64,000 nt of DNA from Octopus sinensis (lineage: Eukaryota), in contig NC_043005.1 in assembly GCF_006345805.1 (NCBI RefSeq), forward strand, positions 66,836,001-66,900,000, read 5' to 3'. The notes under the pieces were generated by a model. That model worked only from the letters and a program-made list of their open reading frames with translations. It was not told where the DNA came from and made no database searches. Numbering within the stretch: the stretch's first letter is position 1; each line of letters begins with the position of its first letter. Shown piece by piece: positions 42,303-56,175 of the stretch. A program made the translations under genes and the position numbers.

Positions 42303-43199
42303 AGAAATTCGTCATTAATAAGATAACATTTAAGAATTTGTATGGTTTCAAACTAAAGCATGTCTAAACATGAAGCAAGAGTTATAAATATAATGTCAAT
42401 GGTATGCGTTGAATAAAAACTCATAATTCCGTTAAAATATGGCTTTGCTTTTCAATATAATATTAATTTCAATAAAGAATCTCATAGGGAAATGGTTATT
42501 TGGTGATAGTAAGTTCAAAAAATACCCAATATACTAAATCTGATCCATTTTCAATAAAAGATTCTGTTAAGATCTTGGAAAAAGGTTTCCTGTATAAACG
42601 ATAATATTAGTTCATTTGAAGGAATATTTCAATTAATTTATTTTGATATTTTACACTTGCCTTAAGTTTTTTCCACTTGGTTCATGTATCGATTACCTTC
42701 ATATATATTTTAGATTGCAGATTTCAATCCTTTCTTCTTTTTACTCTACAGAAATATCTTCTGATTCACTTCTGAAAGTTTAAATGATACCTTACCATTA
42801 TCCTTCCAACTCTCATACACCTACTCTTTATCCTCAACATACCCTGATCTCTCTTTAATTCACGATATCTGTCCTATCCTCACGGTTGACTGCTTCCTTA
42901 GATTATTTTTAAATATTTCCGTCGATTTATTTGAATATATATAAAAGAGATACAACTGTATATTTAGGATTTGAATTAGAAGAACCAATATCTGATTATC
43001 GAAAAACATAAATCTATAAAATATTTTAACTTTCAGGTAATATGAGATTTCAATCAAATTTTACATGTCAGGTTGTAATTATTTTAAAAAGTGTTGATTT
43101 CGTTATATGTGTTTTAATACTACGTATATTTAACAAATCGTTTAAGTGAAGTGTTACGGAAGTGAATTAAAACCAAAGAATAGCCTACATTATTCATTA

Positions 43200-43353
43200 A
43201 CGTTGAGGTTAAGAGCGCGCACTACTAACCACAAGGTTCCGAGTTCGATTCCAGGCAGTGACCTAAATAACAACAACAACAACAACAATAATAATAATAA
43301 TAATAATAATAACAATAACAATAACAATAACAATAATAATAATAACAATAATA

Positions 43354-43407
<54 letters not shown>

Positions 43408-43413
43408 AATAAT
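43200..43413 (+). mobile_element. Short tRNA-like head followed by an (AAC/AAT)n tract
   Basis: ggttaagagcgcgcactactaaccacaaggttccgagttcgattcc (D-arm, anticodon arm and T-loop like), then ~150 bp of AAC/AAT. Confidence 0.6.
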
Positions 43414-44356
43414 ACCGTGTATACTTTCAATGCTGATATCAGAAAGGAGTTCGGACTGAGAAAATGTGGTGTGTTAGCCTTGAACAGAAGCAAAATCAAA
43501 TGTATGGACGGGCTATCGATACCTTCGGGAGAGGATATGAAGCAGATAGAAGAGGCGGGTTATAAGTACTTGGGGATTTTGGAAATGAATAAATTGATAG
43601 AGAAGGACATTACAGAAAAATTTAAGGTGGACTACATGAGGCAGACAGGGACTTATCCCTAAGACGAAATCAAACAGACAGAATAAGATTGAAGCTATCA
43701 ACACCTGGGCGGTTTTACTCCTTAGACATGGAGCAGGGCTAATCGCATGGTCAGTAGACAAACTAAAGGGCTTATTGACAAAGACAACGAAGTAGCGAAC
43801 TAGATATAGGATACTCCACCCAAAAAGTGACACAGGCAGATTATATGTACAAAGAAAAAGGAGAAGAGGACTTATTGGACGCGAACACAGCATTAGTGCC
43901 GAAGAAAACAACACAGTATTGTATGTAAAAATGCTACAGAACCTCAATTATTGGAAGTAAGGACGTCAGGCTTGTGTAGGTTGAAAGATTACAAAGATAA
44001 ATCATTGTACAATCAATTGAAAACGTATGAAAATGAAAATAGATGGGTAAAAAAAAGTATGTATGGACAATTCCATAGGGATGTTCATGATAAGACAGAC
44101 AGAGAAAAAAAGTGGCTGCGGATGACTAAAAGTGATTTAAAACCAGAAACAGTGGCTCTAAGCTGTGCTTCTGAAGAGCAAGCACTAAGGACAAACTACA
44201 TAAAATACAGGGTAGACAACACATCAAAAAATTGATAAGTGCAGAATCTATGGACAAAATTGTGAAACCGTATGGCATATTACCAGCCAATGTACGCCAC
44301 TAGTCCAGAAGGAATATAAGAAACGCCACGACAATATAGCAAGGCTTGTCTATTGG
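43414..44356 (+). mobile_element. R4/Dong-clade non-LTR retrotransposon fragment (RT C-terminus to CCHC), 5'-truncated
   Basis: DIRKEFGLRKCG, YKYLGILE, AINTWAV, SMYGQF, ASEEQALRTNY, CRI..ETVWHITSQC...YKKRHDNIA; frameshifted. Confidence 0.85.
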
Positions 44357-45310
44357 GTCCCAAAGCAGTATTCTGTGGAACATCACTCATTATTTGTGTT
44401 TCCTTAGCCACTACTACCTGGCTTCTATCTTTTAGAAAGTTATATAGCTATTCTCTAAGTTTTCCAACTATGCCAACATCATGTAGCATTTATATCACGT
44501 CCACGTTTGAGTTGTTGAGCAACTGATTTTACAGCCAGTCGCTCTGCTACAAGAGCTCCGTTAGGTAGCTTCTACAAGATCGGAAACTAAGCTGGATGTC
44601 AGTCAGCAAGTCACTCTCTTCAACCAATGCTATTAATTTCCTTCGAACTATTCATTCGTTGACTTGGCGGATGTGTGAAGTCAGAGAGATAGGCTTATAG
44701 TTTCTAGCATCTGCTCTGCTTCCTCCTTTGTGAACAGGTCATACTATTCTCCTCAGTTTTTTTGGGAGCTTTCCATCTGCCATGAGCCACTGGAAAAGAA
44801 GCTGCAGTGGTTCTGCTAGGACACCTTTTTGATGACTTGAGAAGGATTGCTGGGAATCTATTGGGACCAACACTTTAGTTTGCATGTACATCAACTATCG
44901 TCAGTATTACATCCTCTTCTTTGATGTTGATGCAATAAATTGTTACTGCGTTCCGTTCATCTTCTGTAGTGGCAAATAATTCTACCGGTTTGTTAACTTG
45001 CATATGCCGTAAGACTGTAGTGAAGACATTTTTGAATTCTTCATTCAATGTTTCACTTACACTCGTGAGGGAGCCATCTTTTAAGGAGGAATCTCCCTAC
45101 CTGTTAATGCACGGAGGCAGTCTCCTTGGCGTACCTAAAGACGGCTTTAAATTCTGTTCTTTCCTTCTCATGGGAGCGCTTCAGTTGCTTCTCAATCTCA
45201 AGCAGTGCCGTTTGCAGGTGGGATGTTCACTGCCGCTGCGTTCTGTGTTAAGGCGGTTTACAATCTCTTCGAGACAAAAATGTAGCATACAGCTTGCATT
45301 ACGGGCATGA
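44355..45310 (-). mobile_element. CR1/L2-group LINE reverse transcriptase fragment
   Basis: Minus strand AEPLQLLF, PVHKGG..ARNYKPISLTS, SDVPQNTALGP. Confidence 0.8.
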
Positions 45311-46108
45311 AAGATTTGAATATATATATATATATATATATACATATATATATACATACATAAAGACACACACACACAGATGTATGTATATATGTATACA
45401 CACACATATATGTAAATGTATATTCATACATATATGTATATGCATATGTAATTGTGCGCGCGTGCGAGGGTGTCTGTCTATATTTTTCTCTTACTAGCCT
45501 ACGAAATCTAATTTATCTTCTGCGAGGAGACGATAATAACGGTATAGATTCAACGTTGCTATTCTCTTTCCTTGCATCATTTCTATATTCAAATTTAGTG
45601 TTTTGAAATAAATTACTAGAGTATTATGTATAATTTAGTGTTTCATATATCCTGAATAATGTAGTGTTCTAAACAAATATAGTTTATTCACTTTAATATA
45701 TGTCAGTCAGATCGTCTACTGATACGATATCTTAATAACCGGCGGCAACATAAAACGATTTAAATTTCAAGTTATGTAGTATTGTTTATTGTATGCAGCA
45801 CACTTCTATATCGTACGAGGATTCAAGTCATTTCTAATCTTTTACCTGGTATGTATACCGGAGTAGTACATCTAGATTTCATTTCTGATTATATGTGTTT
45901 ACAACGTTAAAAATCAATACATCGTATACATTTAAATATACTTTATTAAAAGCTATGGATCTAAATGCCCATATATCTAAATGCTCATTCCCATTATTTA
46001 AAATATTTAATATGCTTAAATAAACATAAGTCTCTATTTAACGCTTCAATTATTATCTGAAATGCGAAAGGTCATTGTAATTATTGTGTAGAATTAATTC
46101 TAGCTTAC

Positions 46109-46153
46109 TACCACTACTTGGCAATTATCGTTGATAATTATGCATCGGAGTTC
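46109..46153 (-). CDS. Candidate 45-nt exon (ELRCIIINDNCQVVV)
   Basis: cgtttctgcag|...|gtaagc; open only in phase 0. Confidence 0.25.
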
Positions 46154-46200
46154 CTGCAGAAACGATTATCGTGTCAAGTAAACAGTGATACAAACGTACA

Positions 46201-46319
<119 letters not shown>

Positions 46320-46324
46320 TTATG

Positions 46325-46365
<41 letters not shown>

Positions 46366-46746
46366 TATATATTATATATGTATGTATGTATGTATTTACT
46401 ACTGTGAAAATCATTTATATATGTAACATGTTTGGAAGCGTAAAAAATACTTTTAAAAGACTATATCAAAGGAACATGTACAGCTGCAGATGGTGGCGGC
46501 GGTGGTGGTGGTGGTGGTGGTGGTGGTTGGATAGAGGTTTGTTTTGACATACTTCCGAATCTATTTTGAGAAGTTACTTTTGCTGTACTCTGGATTAGTT
46601 TGAATGCAATAATGTTTTTTTTTATTATTATAATTTGCGTGTTGAGTTTGCAACAGCTTTCTTAGTAAATCTAACAACCGATCCTTTTGTAAAGAATAAA
46701 ATATTTCTCTATTTAATTCTGATATATTCCAGATTTTAACATTAAT

Positions 46747-46802
<56 letters not shown>

Positions 46803-46807
46803 GCTGT

Positions 46808-46839
<32 letters not shown>

Positions 46840-46920
46840 CTGCTGCTGTTACTGCTGCGACTGCTACCACTATTACCAACTAGGATGATGATGATGATGA
46901 TGATGAGTAGGAGGAGGAGG
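46747..46920. repeat. (CTA)n-(CTG)n-(GAT)n-(GGA)n trinucleotide compound repeat
   Basis: Direct inspection. Confidence 0.95.
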
Positions 46921-47354
46921 GTTAATAACTACAATAACAATCTGACGTTAAGCAGCAGATTGAACCCTTAGTTGTTTCTGCTAGAAATACCAATACGAAA
47001 CCTAGTGAAAATGTAATACAAACAACAGAATTTAACAAACAAGATGGAAAACTGAAATAGTACTACGACACTTACATATGAATATATAACAATTTAGTAT
47101 ATATGTCCCCTGAATTCTTTACTTCATTCATACTATCGTGTAATCCCGTTGTTTACCTGTAATTCCTGCAACATATAATTACGTATACATACACAGCTAC
47201 GTTTCCAATAAGAAATAATATTTAATAATATACAATATTTAAATATTATCGGAGGACTACACTATTAGCCATTTATCAGAAGGAGATGTGGTCTCTATAC
47301 CGATTCGAACTTCGGCTGTTCATAGTCGTAAGTCAAAGAAAATAATGTTACAGG

Positions 47355-47729
47355 TACTGTCTCTCGAATTTCTTGTAAAGATAACGGGATTTTATTCCGC
47401 CAGTATCTATTTGAAACTCTAATATAAAGTCGTAGACTATATAAGCTTTGTACTTTATGGACAATTTTTGCTGTTCTTGTAAAACTTCAAAACAATCGTA
47501 CATATTTTGGAGCAAATATGAGCATAAAGCTGAATTGTTTGATGATTTCCCTGAACGTCTTGCTGACACCAGTGATGAACAAACAGAAACAGTTTTATAG
47601 AAAACTCTATGAAAGTCTATGGATCTATTATCTTAAAATATAGACGTGATGGTAATATATGGAGGTCATATTCGGATTCAGTGTTTCTAACATCTCCTAC
47701 TTCAGATCCAAAGTTTTATAACAACAGTG
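47355..47729 (+). mobile_element. Decayed 3' fragment of a Chapaev3-like DNA transposon
   Basis: FGANMSIKL..., DDFPERLADTSDEQ resemble recalled GCNMSIKVHFL..HLD.FPENLGAVSDEQGE; subterminal atattcggattcag; terminal CAGTG. Confidence 0.45.
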
Positions 47730-47731
47730 AA

Positions 47732-47778
<47 letters not shown>

Positions 47779-48304
47779 ATATATATATTGGGCTTGTTAT
47801 GATTTAAATAATTTGACTGTCTTGTGATAGGAGTGGTACAGGACTGGCTGTCAATGCTGTAAGAATATCTGTGTTATATCTGTGTTGAATTACGCAGAAT
47901 GTGCAATATTGGCTATCTTATTTGATCTAATACGGATTCTGTAGCGTCTATTTTGTGTGTTGTGCAAAATCTGCACGCTGTTCTCTTGTACTATTCAGAA
48001 ATAAAATTACTTGTGTAGGATAAAGATAGTACCTACCAAAATAATTCTGTGGGCTATTTGTTTGGTAGAGAGCCAAAGAATATTTACATTATTCTCTTTC
48101 TCTAAATGCTATTTGATATAATATCTATTGCAACTACTGTCACTATTTCCAATTTCCGTCTTTTACGCTTTCCTACCGTGCATTCAAATTATTTTGAATT
48201 CAAGATTCTTCGTTTGATATAAACAAGGCGTCTTCAGGGCGATGATTTCATCTGTAGAGTTCGAGATGCGTATAAGATTAGTAAGATTTGTATTTCTGTC
48301 ATTC

Positions 48305-48561
<257 letters not shown>

Positions 48562-48569
48562 TACTAATT

Positions 48570-50890
48570 AATACCTTTCCCGCGCACTTTTCAGTGTACA
48601 ATAAAATTCTTGCTGCTCCCAATTTGATCCTGTCGGGTGTTATACGGTGACTTTCGTAGGACTGGGCAGCTTAGAATATTGCGTTCAAAATATCTGTTTG
48701 TGTTGATTACATAATCTTCCTCTTTTGGTTACCATTGTTACTTTATGCGACAAAGGTTTGATCCATTTTTGTGTCTGGTGAAAATGCTTTGAACTTTTGT
48801 TTTTTACTCAAATTTTGTTCACTTTTGTCATGTATCAGCAACTTCATTTTCTATCGATAGAAATAAATATATAACGGAAAACATGTGCACAAGTCTTCAG
48901 GCTAAACAATAACATTTTTAGAGTTTCTCAGAAATACTCAAACTTAGAAGTGCTGAAAGTGAAGCTCTAACAATGTTTTGTTTTTTTCCCTAGAGAATGT
49001 TTGTCTTGTTTCAGGTATGCCAGATGAAAATGGTGTGCATACACACCAGTATTTTGCGAAGTGAAACGACAATCACCAACATCTTTGATCCTAGATTGGT
49101 TTTACTCTGAGGGACGCAATTTAGTTTTAATTCTGAATCAAATTTGATTCGGTTTCCAGCTTCTATATTAGTGTCTTCTTTCAGTGGTTCTTTCTTCATC
49201 CAGTCCCACCTATGTTTTGCAGCAACTTCGATTGTCACACATGCAATTGATTGTGTAATCCCTTAGTGGGCAGCGTTACTTCGTGTTGTTTTTATATGTT
49301 TTGTTTTTCCTTTTCTTTGCTTTAAATACGTCCTCATCCCCTCATCCCCAACTGACACTAGCAAGGCCTTACTTTGGGATAGGTATTTCCATAAACCTCG
49401 AAGTGTAATATGTAAGCAGATTCCCACATTTATCAGTCCCCTTTCACTATTTGCTTCCTTGGTGTATAGGCAGTCATTGTCTGCACGTTGATAATGGGTT
49501 TCATTTATTTTCTTCCTGTAAAGTCCTTTAGCTGATCCAATGTTCCCTTTAGAATTCCAGCGCCATATCAAACCACTTCGATTTCGCACGTTTATTGTCG
49601 AAATTATGTTTCTGGTTTAACATAGGTTTATCTTCTTATCATATTTGACTACATGTGTCGTCTGTACATAGGTCTTCTGACATACATATGTTTTCTGTCC
49701 TGACAAATTTTCCTCGTCTATCACAATCGAAGCACATTTTGAGAGTTCAAACTCATCTCAATATCATTCGAGAAAATCCGCACAGACTAGACTAAGCTGT
49801 CCAGTTTTACCATGCTTTTTGCGAACAGCTTCAAGTCATCCATATAATAGCAGATGGTTTTCTTTTACCACTTCCTAGATCATACCCAATCTTTGTCTTC
49901 GGCAGTTGTGCACTTTAGCTGATCATTCTCAGCACAAAGATCAATGGGAATATACTATCTTCCTAGAAGATTCCTGTCCTAATTTTCACCTCCCAAAATA
50001 CCTGATTCTCTGCAGTCAATTCAGTTCTTCAATATTTCATTGTTCCATTTAAGGTATCTTATGTTTTCTGCACCTCCATGCATTTCCATAGTTCTTATCC
50101 AAGAGTGCGGGTTGACATTGTATGCCTTACAATAATCAATGCATGTGATTCTCAGATTTATGTGCCTTCTTTTGCAGAGGTTGTAATGATTACTTTATAA
50201 ATTGACAGTTGATATTTCGTTCCCCTGGTCGTCGGTAGACCCCCTTTCTGTTCAATAAGTTACTTTTATATAAGAGCCCATACAGTTCATCGACCAAAAC
50301 AACTGACACTATTTTCCACACAATAGCAGTAGACACGTTCTTGGTCGAAAGTTGCATATAGTATATACCCATTTCATGATCCTTGGCTTATCGTAATGTC
50401 CTGCGATTTGTTATCCACATGGGTACTTAACATTGCTGCGAGCTGTAGGGCTATACTTTCATGGTGTTCTCTCAGATTTTTCACCCATTAACCTTGGACA
50501 CCATCTGGCATAGTTCTCTTTCAGTTCGGGATTTTATCATTTCTGTATTTATTTCAGTTGTCTTGACCTTGTAAATTTCTTGAAATATTTTGGATTTCAA
50601 TCAGCGCCCCCACTTTATCGTTATGCTTTGCAGGTTGATCCAAGCTTCCTCCCCAGAATACCATGCTTTCGTCTGCATCAGCTATCAATGTTAGTTGTTA
50701 TTGCAAATCTAGTTTCTGAAATAGTTTCTTTCTGATTGCCTTCAAACAATCTGTTCTACCTGAATTGCTTTGCTCTATTGCCATATCTTTCCTGTTTTGC
50801 CCTCGTTGCAACTACTCTTTGATATCATTTCGCACCCTCTATCTTTTAATCTATGTTCTTTAAAGTCTTATTCTTATGCTTACGTTTTGA
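48570..50890 (-). mobile_element. R4/Dong-clade non-LTR retrotransposon relic, heavily decayed
   Basis: Minus strand NRLFEGNQK, IDYCKAYNVNPHSWI, GIF*EDSIFPLIF, YMDDLKLFAK (~49840). Boundaries approximate. Confidence 0.8.
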
Positions 50891-50899
50891 AATTCCTCC

Positions 50900-50935
50900 T
50901 CACTTCCTCTTCTTTTTCATCATCATCATCATCAT

Positions 50936-50974
<39 letters not shown>

Positions 50975-51146
50975 CATCATCATCATCATTATCATCTTCG
51001 TCTTCTTCGTCTTCTTCTTCTTTTACTTCTTCTTCTTCTTCTACTTCCTTCTTCTTCTTTTTCTCCTTGTTTTTTCTTCTCTCTACATTTTCTTCTTCCT
51101 ATCATTATTATTATTATAATTAGTAGTAGTAGTAGTAGTAGTAGTA
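50900..51146. repeat. (CAT)n-(CTT)n-(TAG)n compound repeat
   Basis: Direct inspection. Confidence 0.95.
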
Positions 51147-52249
51147 ATTTATTTTTCTACAACAGTGTTGCAAGCGTGGAAATTACGGAAGCAAGTGAAA
51201 TTGATTATTAGTTCCATGATTAATTGTAAATAATTCAAAATTTCCAATTTACTGTTCTTTATTTTTAGATCGATAATGAATATGCAGTTCTTGTTGAAGC
51301 GATCGATATATTCCTCTTTAAAAGAAGTCGATAATATATTAATATGTATTCTGTTGCAGTTTGAGAAAAGTGAGGCTCGGGAGGATAAATGCCATTTCTA
51401 TATTTCGATTAACGAAGTAGGAAATATGTCTCCTTCATACTATTACTATTTCGTTCCAACAAGAAATTTATTAGTGATTCATTGTCCACGCCAATTCTAT
51501 GCCTCACAGATGGAAGTTCAAAATAAATTATATCATGCTTTCTGGAAATCGATAAAAAGTTATGTAAGAAATCTCTTGTTGCGAGATTTAGTGAAAAATA
51601 AAATTCATTCTCCCTAGCACGTATTCTAAACTGTGAACTCTAACGGCGATTAAAGAACATGATATCACTTTATATTTTAACATCAATTACGATTTGCATT
51701 TGTTCATTGTGTTAAACATCAATCAAGTTTCAACGTAGTGAAATTTAAAATTAATTTAAAAGCAACCGATTTTTATGTTAATCTTTTGATATAGTGTAAT
51801 ATATCATGTATGTTGTCGTTCTATTGAATGCAATTATTGCATTATATATTTATGATAAAATACTAAACAATGATATTAAATATTGATTTCTTTCGAGAAG
51901 TACCAAAGTCGATTAATTTTTGCAAAATGCATTGCTGTGTAGTTTATTGAATAGACGCATTATATTACGGTTACTTATTTCATCGAGCGTCTAGATTTCA
52001 GTTTGTAGGAATACGAGCTAAACTTCATAAGGCATTTAAACATACACTTTAATACGTTTGGTAAACTAACCATTTATACATGATACTCCAGGAAGGATAA
52101 CGATTTCCTGCGGAGGGTAAATCTAGATGAACAACAAAATAAGTATTGTGATGCTCATTTATTTGCAAAATTTGTTATTGACACGAACTAAGAAAAATGT
52201 AATAATTTAACATAAGGTGACTGATTTGAAAAAATCCTGTTGAAAGTTA

Positions 52250-53350
52250 TAACGGAAAGCCTGGATACCAAGCTTCGTAAATGTCTAGGATGACTGGGAT
52301 ATAGCGACTCATTGGCACCCACTCTTGAGGGATTGCTTTGCCTAAGATTCTTCTCTCACTACCCAGAGCACTATGGCACACTTTCACAGATCGCCTCCCT
52401 AATATTGATAACACCATCCGGTGCTTTGCTGAATTGATCTGTAATATCAAATTCGGTGGTCTTCTACTACCCTATCTATCTTCAATCTCTTCCAGCCGCA
52501 CCATCATCGGGATGACCAACCGCGATGTGACCCAGAGGCTGGAGTCAGCTGTAGCCGATTGGATTGCTGAAGGCCTTGCTGTCCTCCATAATACAAGTGT
52601 CCAACATAACTGGGATGACATCAAATGCAAATATACCTTCGGGATGGATGAGACATCTTTAGACCAGTACTGCCTTAATTGTCTCCGTTTTGCTTCGCAG
52701 TCAAACAGCGGCGCGTGACTTAATTCGGTGATGTTGAGTGTAATCTTATTGGAGTGGCCCAACACCTGGGTCCCAGTGAGTGTGAGACGCACCAAAGTCA
52801 TTGTGGAACGGTAGTCGATGAATTCGTTCTGCAGTCATCCGCTAGACATATCGAGGGCCGGCTGAATTATTTTATTAGAATAGAACTCAATGCGGCTGGT
52901 TTCTCGTCACAACCAACTCCAAATGTAGTATGGTAAATACCCAGACGTGTAAAACCTGCTTTCCATAGGTGGGAGGCGGATCTCTAACCTGGGACGCAAC
53001 ATGGTGCCATAAATACTCGGGATTCAACCTTACTACGGCGGCTGCAAACCCCGGATAGCGCTGCCTGTAACACAGAGGAGAGGAAGATAAAGAAATAGAG
53101 GAGCCTAACCGGCTGCTATCTGTTTGTATCGGTTGTCGTCCAGACCTGAGGTGTTCTTGTGCCCTTCGTTGCTGATTTCCTCCGTAATACCGGCATAACA
53201 GCTGTTCGCCTGGGAAATGAGGCCCGCGAGATGGGGTGATATTTCAGCGAGTGTCGACGACCATTCCAATCTTTGTGGCAACACCTCTGGTATCACGGCC
53301 GCGAGACAGCAAAACACGTCATTTGTTCTGGGGTGTACAGCCTACTACAC
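52250..53350 (-). mobile_element. GC-richer LINE relic (APE endonuclease, possible ORF1 end; I/Jockey-like)
   Basis: Minus strand NDFGASHTHW (GDFNAxHxxW-like) at ~52770-52805 and IRL...FYTSGYLPY near 52.95 kb; sharp GC rise against the flanks. Confidence 0.45.
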
Positions 53351-53549
53351 CACACCATTTTCCGCTGCTTCATTCACCTCCCACTTTTTTTCATTTTCTT
53401 TCTGTCCTTGGTGAGATAATAATGTTTCTAATTTCCTTTCTTGATAATATGACCTATTATACTTTTAATGTTATTTTCCTTCTTTTTTCCCTGTCCAAAC
53501 GACATCAGAAAATTGGCTTAGCGTATCTTGCATATTTCTTTATGGTAAA

Positions 53550-53551
<2 letters not shown>

Positions 53552-53606
<55 letters not shown>

Positions 53607-53670
53607 TACCACCATTACTATTACTATTCCTGCTGCTGCTGTTGTTGCAGCTAACTATTGCTATTATCGA
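53552..53670. repeat. (CTA)n/(CTG)n microsatellite
   Basis: Direct inspection. Confidence 0.95.
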
Positions 53671-54332
53671 TAATAATGAAAACAATCGATATATTTTTTC
53701 TAATTTTTGCTGTTCACAAAGTGTCGAACAAATACTGCTAAATACCAAGAGCAATTAAACAGGTGGCTTACTAAGACATGTAGAGTGAACGGAAGATAGG
53801 TGAAGGTGTGAGAAACGTTATGTAATAGAACCAATCATAAAATTATAAAACAAATATTGGAAGGATCTAGATTAATAAAATTATGATAAAACATAGTAAG
53901 ATTATGATACGAATATAAAAGTTAAACCTCCGAGTTGCTTTCATCAGGGTACACTTCGCTCTTGATTTAGATTACGATATAGTTTCTCTATTGATGGCTG
54001 TCCTTCCCAGGATATTTCATGTGGTGTGCTCATGTTATTGTAGGGAAGTGAGATTCCAGAGCATCTGGATTCTTGAAATATAACACTATCTGAAATCTAA
54101 AATCCTATGTTTCCGGTTGTGATGTAAGCAACAATAGCGACACCAAGAACGAGAAGAGCAACAACGACAATAAGAGCTGCAATAAGAACTCTTAAAAGTG
54201 CTGGAACAAGTGTGATATCATCTTTTCAATAACACATTCTCCATTCTCTCCAACTATAGACGTCACGAGGTTAACTTCCATCAACTTTGGCAATTATACA
54301 TTTTAACAACGTTTTTATCTGTTTTATTTTAG

Positions 54333-54750
54333 TGGCGAAGGCATGACTGTGTGATTAAGAACCTCGCTTTGTAGTCACATGGTTCCGGGATCAATCCCAC
54401 CTCGGCAAAGTTTAACTTGGCCCAGAACTAACCAATACTTCTTCAATGAATTTCATAGCGAATACTGTTTGCAATCCTGTCATATACACAAATGCACGCG
54501 CGCACGCACACACACATAGAAAACAGACAAACACACGTGCATGTATGCATGAGTGTGTTTGTACTTGTGCCTTACCGCTTGACAAGCTCTGTTGGTTTAC
54601 TCTTACTTTCACGTAGCATAGCCGTTCGGCAAAAGATACCGACAGAATAAGAACCGGACTTACAAAAAAATAAGAACTGGGATAGATTCCTTACATTAAA
54701 CTTTCGAAGGTGAGGTGCCAAGCATGGCCGCAATAAAAGATTAAAGAAAA
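54333..54750 (+). mobile_element. SINE family B, old diverged copy
   Basis: catggttccgggatcaatcccac, gttcggcaaaagataccgacagaataag, cagcatggccgca. Confidence 0.75.
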
Positions 54751-54807
54751 CACGATTAGAGATATTTTGTTACATAAATTTATAGATCTTCATAGCTGTT
54801 TCTATTA

Positions 54808-55219
54808 TATTTATTTCTTTATTACTCACAGGGTGCTAAACATAAAGGGGGCAAACAAGGACAAAGAGTTTAAGTCGACTATATCGACCCCAGTGCGTAA
54901 CTGGTACTTATTTAATCGACCCCGAAAGGATGAAAGGTAAAGTCGACCTCGGCGTAATTTGAACTCACAGCGTAGCGGCAGACGAAATACCTATTTCTAT
55001 TTCTTTACTACCCACAGGTGGCTAACCACAGAGAGGACAACAAAGACAGACAAACGGACTAAGTCGATTGCATCGACCCCAGTGCGTAACTGGTACTTAA
55101 TTTATCGACCTAGAAAGGATGAAAGGCTAAATTGACCTCGGCGGAATTTGAACTCAGAACGTAGCGGCAGACGTAGCATTTCGCCCGGCGAGTTAACGTT
55201 TCTGCCAGCTCGCCGCCTT
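54808..55219 (-). mobile_element. SINE family A, dimeric copy
   Basis: Two near-consensus cores joined at gacgaaatacc|tatttc. Confidence 0.9.
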
Positions 55220-55599
55220 AACAGTTTTTATTATATTTTCGTTATCATCCAATAGTTCAGGGTGTAATTGTAGGATCTGTTTCTTTGTTAAAAATCTTGA
55301 AATTTTTTCGGTATCTATACTGAAGTATCTTGAAAGAGTTACACCGGTCATAGTTTCAAAGTGTTGACTATTTTGTTTATAATTATGATTTCTTGCCATA
55401 TTTAAGGATGAAAGGGAAACTTGTCTTAGATGTTTTTATTAGGCCGTTTAAGAAAATATCTTCCGGTCTTTCATCTGGGTGTGGCAATTTACTTTCTTTC
55501 CATTTTCTCCTAAGAAATCAACGCTTCTAATGGATCCCTCTCTTAATCTTCACGTAGTTGTCTTACAACGTTTGAAAATGAGCACTAAGCGATCAGTCA

Positions 55600-56175
55600 T
55601 GGGAGAGGGGAGGAGAATAAGATTGCATCTGTATGATGAATTAAATCGACCCTAGTATTTTACTGCTACTTTATTCTATCGACGCTAAATGAATAAAAAG
55701 CGTAGTTGTCTTCAATAAAATTTATACTCAAAACACAAAGAGTGAGAAGTAAATGTTCCTTTGATTATAGGGACAAGGAGTTAAATTTTGTGGGAGGAAG
55801 AGAGCCGATTACATTAAACCCAATGATCAAGTGATACCTATTTTATCGACTCCGAAACGATGATAGACAAAATCTACTTCGGTGGATTTTGAAGTCAAAA
55901 TGTAAAAGACGGACGGTATGGCACTAAGCATTTTGTCCGGCGTGCGAACGATTGTGCAAGCAGAAATTAAATATTGATTTCAAATTTTGGCGCAAGACCG
56001 TCAGTTTTAGTTGAGGCGTTTAAACAGATAACATCGACAGCAGTGCTCAAATGTAATTTATTTTATTGACCCCGAAAAGATGAAAGGGAAATTCGACCTC
56101 AGCGGAATTTGAAAGCAGAGAATGCCGCTTCGCCTTTTGCCCGGTGTATTAAAGATTCTGGCAGGTCACCGCCCT
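55600..56175 (-). mobile_element. Cluster of three old, diverged SINE family A-like units
   Basis: Degenerate atcgac..cagt..ttttatcgac..cgaaa.gatga..g.caaa.tc.ac.tc cores at ~55650, ~55840 and ~56060. Confidence 0.7.

Noticed and set aside
43200-43262. Functional tRNA gene
   Set aside because: No acceptor stem or poly-T terminator; SINE-like head. The same applies to the other tRNA-like heads.
53950-54130. Possible 3' end of another R4/Dong element
   Set aside because: Similarity too weak to support by eye.
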